From the IMG/VR virus record IMGVR_UViG_3300012983_000030: 64,000 nucleotides of DNA, one strand, 5' to 3'. Positions 62,710-64,000 of this stretch are shown here, piece by piece; the first letter of the stretch is position 1, and every line of letters begins with the position of its first letter. Source of the DNA: a virus. Its lineage: Duplodnaviria > Heunggongvirae > Uroviricota > Caudoviricetes. A model generated the notes under the pieces. That model was not told where the DNA came from and did no database searches. It saw only the letters and a program-made list of their open reading frames with translations. The position numbers and the translations under genes are program-made.

Positions 62710-63045
62710 TTAACTATTAAAAATTAAGTTTTCTTTGCGATAATCACAAGGATTACCATTAACAAATGATTTAATATTCATGTATGCTTTAAGCGTACTT
62801 ATATATTTACATTTGCCGTTTTCATTTTTTAAAATTTGTACAGAAGAAGGATTGCCTTTATAAATAATAACACTAATGCTATAATTCTTTTCTTCTAATT
62901 CTTTCCAAACTTTTGTAGGAATTAAAATTTTCATACCACGGCGCTCTACTTCTGTAATATCTTCTAAAGGTTCTTCTATCATTATATCATTAGATGAAAA
63001 AACATTATAAAAGATTGCGAATAAATTTCTTAAAAATTTAAGCAT
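62710..63045 (-). CDS. Hypothetical protein, degenerate HNH-like remnant
   Basis: SFVNGNPCDYRKENL resembles HxNGNxLDNRxxNL but lacks the His. Confidence 0.5.
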   Translation of the reverse strand: MLKFLRNLFAIFYNVFSSNDIMIEEPLEDITEVERRGMKILIPTKVWKELEEKNYSISVIIYKGNPSSVQILKNENGKCKYISTLKAYMNIKSFVNGNPCDYRKENLIFNS

Positions 63046-63056
63046 ATATTTCCTCC

Positions 63057-64000
63057 TTACTCTAAAATTTCACCAGTTTCTGGATCATACTCTAATTCTT
63101 CGCTTTCTTCAGAAATCAAATCCATTTCTTCGCTCTTATTAGTAATATAATCTAAAACAGTTTGTTTAAAATGTTCCATACGCTCAGGATTTTCTTTTAA
63201 CCATACCATGGCTTTTTCTTTACCCTGTGCTATATTTTCACCTTTATATTTTACCCAACTTCCTGCCTTTTCAAGAAGACCAAACTTAAATGCTAAATCT
63301 AAAATTTCTTCTTCTTGAGAAACTCCTTTGCCATATCTAATAATAAATCTAGCTGTACGGAAAGGAGGAGCAACTTTATTTTTCACCACTTTAACCGTAG
63401 TTTCTACAGAAGTAGCTATCTCTTCACCATTTAATTTTTCAGTAGTAGGACTTTGTTTTTTCCAAATTTTCATAATAACAGATGAATAAAATTTAAGAGA
63501 TTCACCACCACTCATCACATCAGTATCACCATACATTACACCAATGTTTTTACGAGTCTGAGAAATAAAGAAACACATACAATTTGATTTTGCGGCTAAT
63601 GGAGTAATACGTTTTAAACCATCTGACATCATTTTAGCTTGACGTCCAATAAAATTATCTCCCATCTCACCATTAATTTCAGAATCTGATAACATAGTTG
63701 AAACTGAATCGAATACAATCAATTTAACTTTACCTTGCTTTAATAATGCTTCTGCAATTGAAAAGCAAGCCGTACCTGATTCTGGTTGTGCAAATAATAA
63801 ATGTTTTAAATCTACACCTAAAGCTTTTGCATATCCTAAATCTACTGCATGTTCAGAATCTAAATATGCACAAAGATAACCTTTCTTTTGAGCATTTGCT
63901 ACTAATTGTAAAGCAATAGTAGATTTACCACTAGATGCTTCACCATAAATAGTATTAATTCTTCCTTCTGGTAAACCACCAACACCTAATGCAACATCAA
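63057..64000 (-). CDS. recA: RecA recombinase (N-terminus beyond window end)
   Basis: Upstream of the tracked ORF: [27 protein letters not shown]...LDSEHA...FAQPESG; then [25 protein letters not shown]. Confidence 0.95.
   Translation of the reverse strand, partial: DVALGVGGLPEGRINTIYGEASSGKSTIALQLVANAQKKGYLCAYLDSEHAVDLGYAKALGVDLKHLLFAQPESGTACFSIAEALLKQGKVKLIVFDSVSTMLSDSEINGEMGDNFIGRQAKMMSDGLKRITPLAAKSNCMCFFISQTRKNIGVMYGDTDVMSGGESLKFYSSVIMKIWKKQSPTTEKLNGEEIATSVETTVKVVKNKVAPPFRTARFIIRYGKGVSQEEEILDLAFKFGLLEKAGSWVKYKGENIAQGKEKAMVWLKENPERMEHFKQTVLDYITNKSEEMDLISEESEELEYDPETGEILE

Noticed and set aside
62710-63045. Active HNH homing endonuclease between recA and gapR
   Set aside because: The catalytic His is absent (SFVNGNPCDYRKENL) and there is no DNA-binding domain; treated as a remnant.
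1-64000. Stop-codon reassignment (code 15 or 4), as in some gut jumbo phages
   Set aside because: Long conserved genes (PolB, NrdD, LigA, capsid) are intact in code 11; TAG ends the M16 peptidase at its natural C-terminus (28064-28066), and TGA occurs in ATGA overlaps.
48784-64000. Introns or inteins in nrdD, thyA, polymerase or recA
   Set aside because: Catalytic motifs are contiguous, with no intein C/S...HN boundaries or frame breaks; the polymerase's extra length is in terminal domains.
1-64000. tRNA, rRNA or tmRNA genes
   Set aside because: No cloverleaf or T-loop consensus (GGTTCGAATCC-like) was found by eye in the intergenic regions; tRNAscan-SE/ARAGORN would be decisive.

Overview
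A 64-kb segment of a very AT-rich, large lytic myophage distantly related to T4, using standard genetic code 11 and densely coding (about 97 CDS). No tRNA, rRNA, CRISPR array or integrase was seen. Structural genes are scattered and flanked by homing-type endonucleases. They include a T4 gp23-like major capsid protein, a gp19-like tail tube, and four paralogues sharing an N-terminal module, two of them RCC1 beta-propellers. A long plus-strand array of small accessory genes includes Tad2-like and Lar-like proteins, a response regulator and an M16 peptidase. Repair and metabolism genes include NAD ligase, Pnk/Rnl RNA repair, a Pif1-like helicase, Hsp20, NrdD/NrdG, an FTR-like protein, a ThyA-like enzyme, dUTPase, dCMP deaminase, a dNTP diphosphohydrolase, an N6-methyltransferase, PolB, GapR and RecA (partial). 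GapR, a ROSE-like RNA thermometer and anaerobic RNR together point to an anaerobic or facultative alphaproteobacterial host (inference). Most notable: (1) a family-B DNA polymerase fused to a C-terminal AEP primase/PriCT-like domain and an N-terminal degenerate UDG-like domain; (2) a ThyA homologue with Asp at the dUMP/dCMP specificity position, inside a possible base-modification cluster; (3) a ROSE-type thermometer upstream of the phage hsp20; (4) a family with a shared N-terminal anchor and variable C-terminal domains; (5) two recurring promoter classes. All functional calls come from motif recognition by eye; no searches were run.
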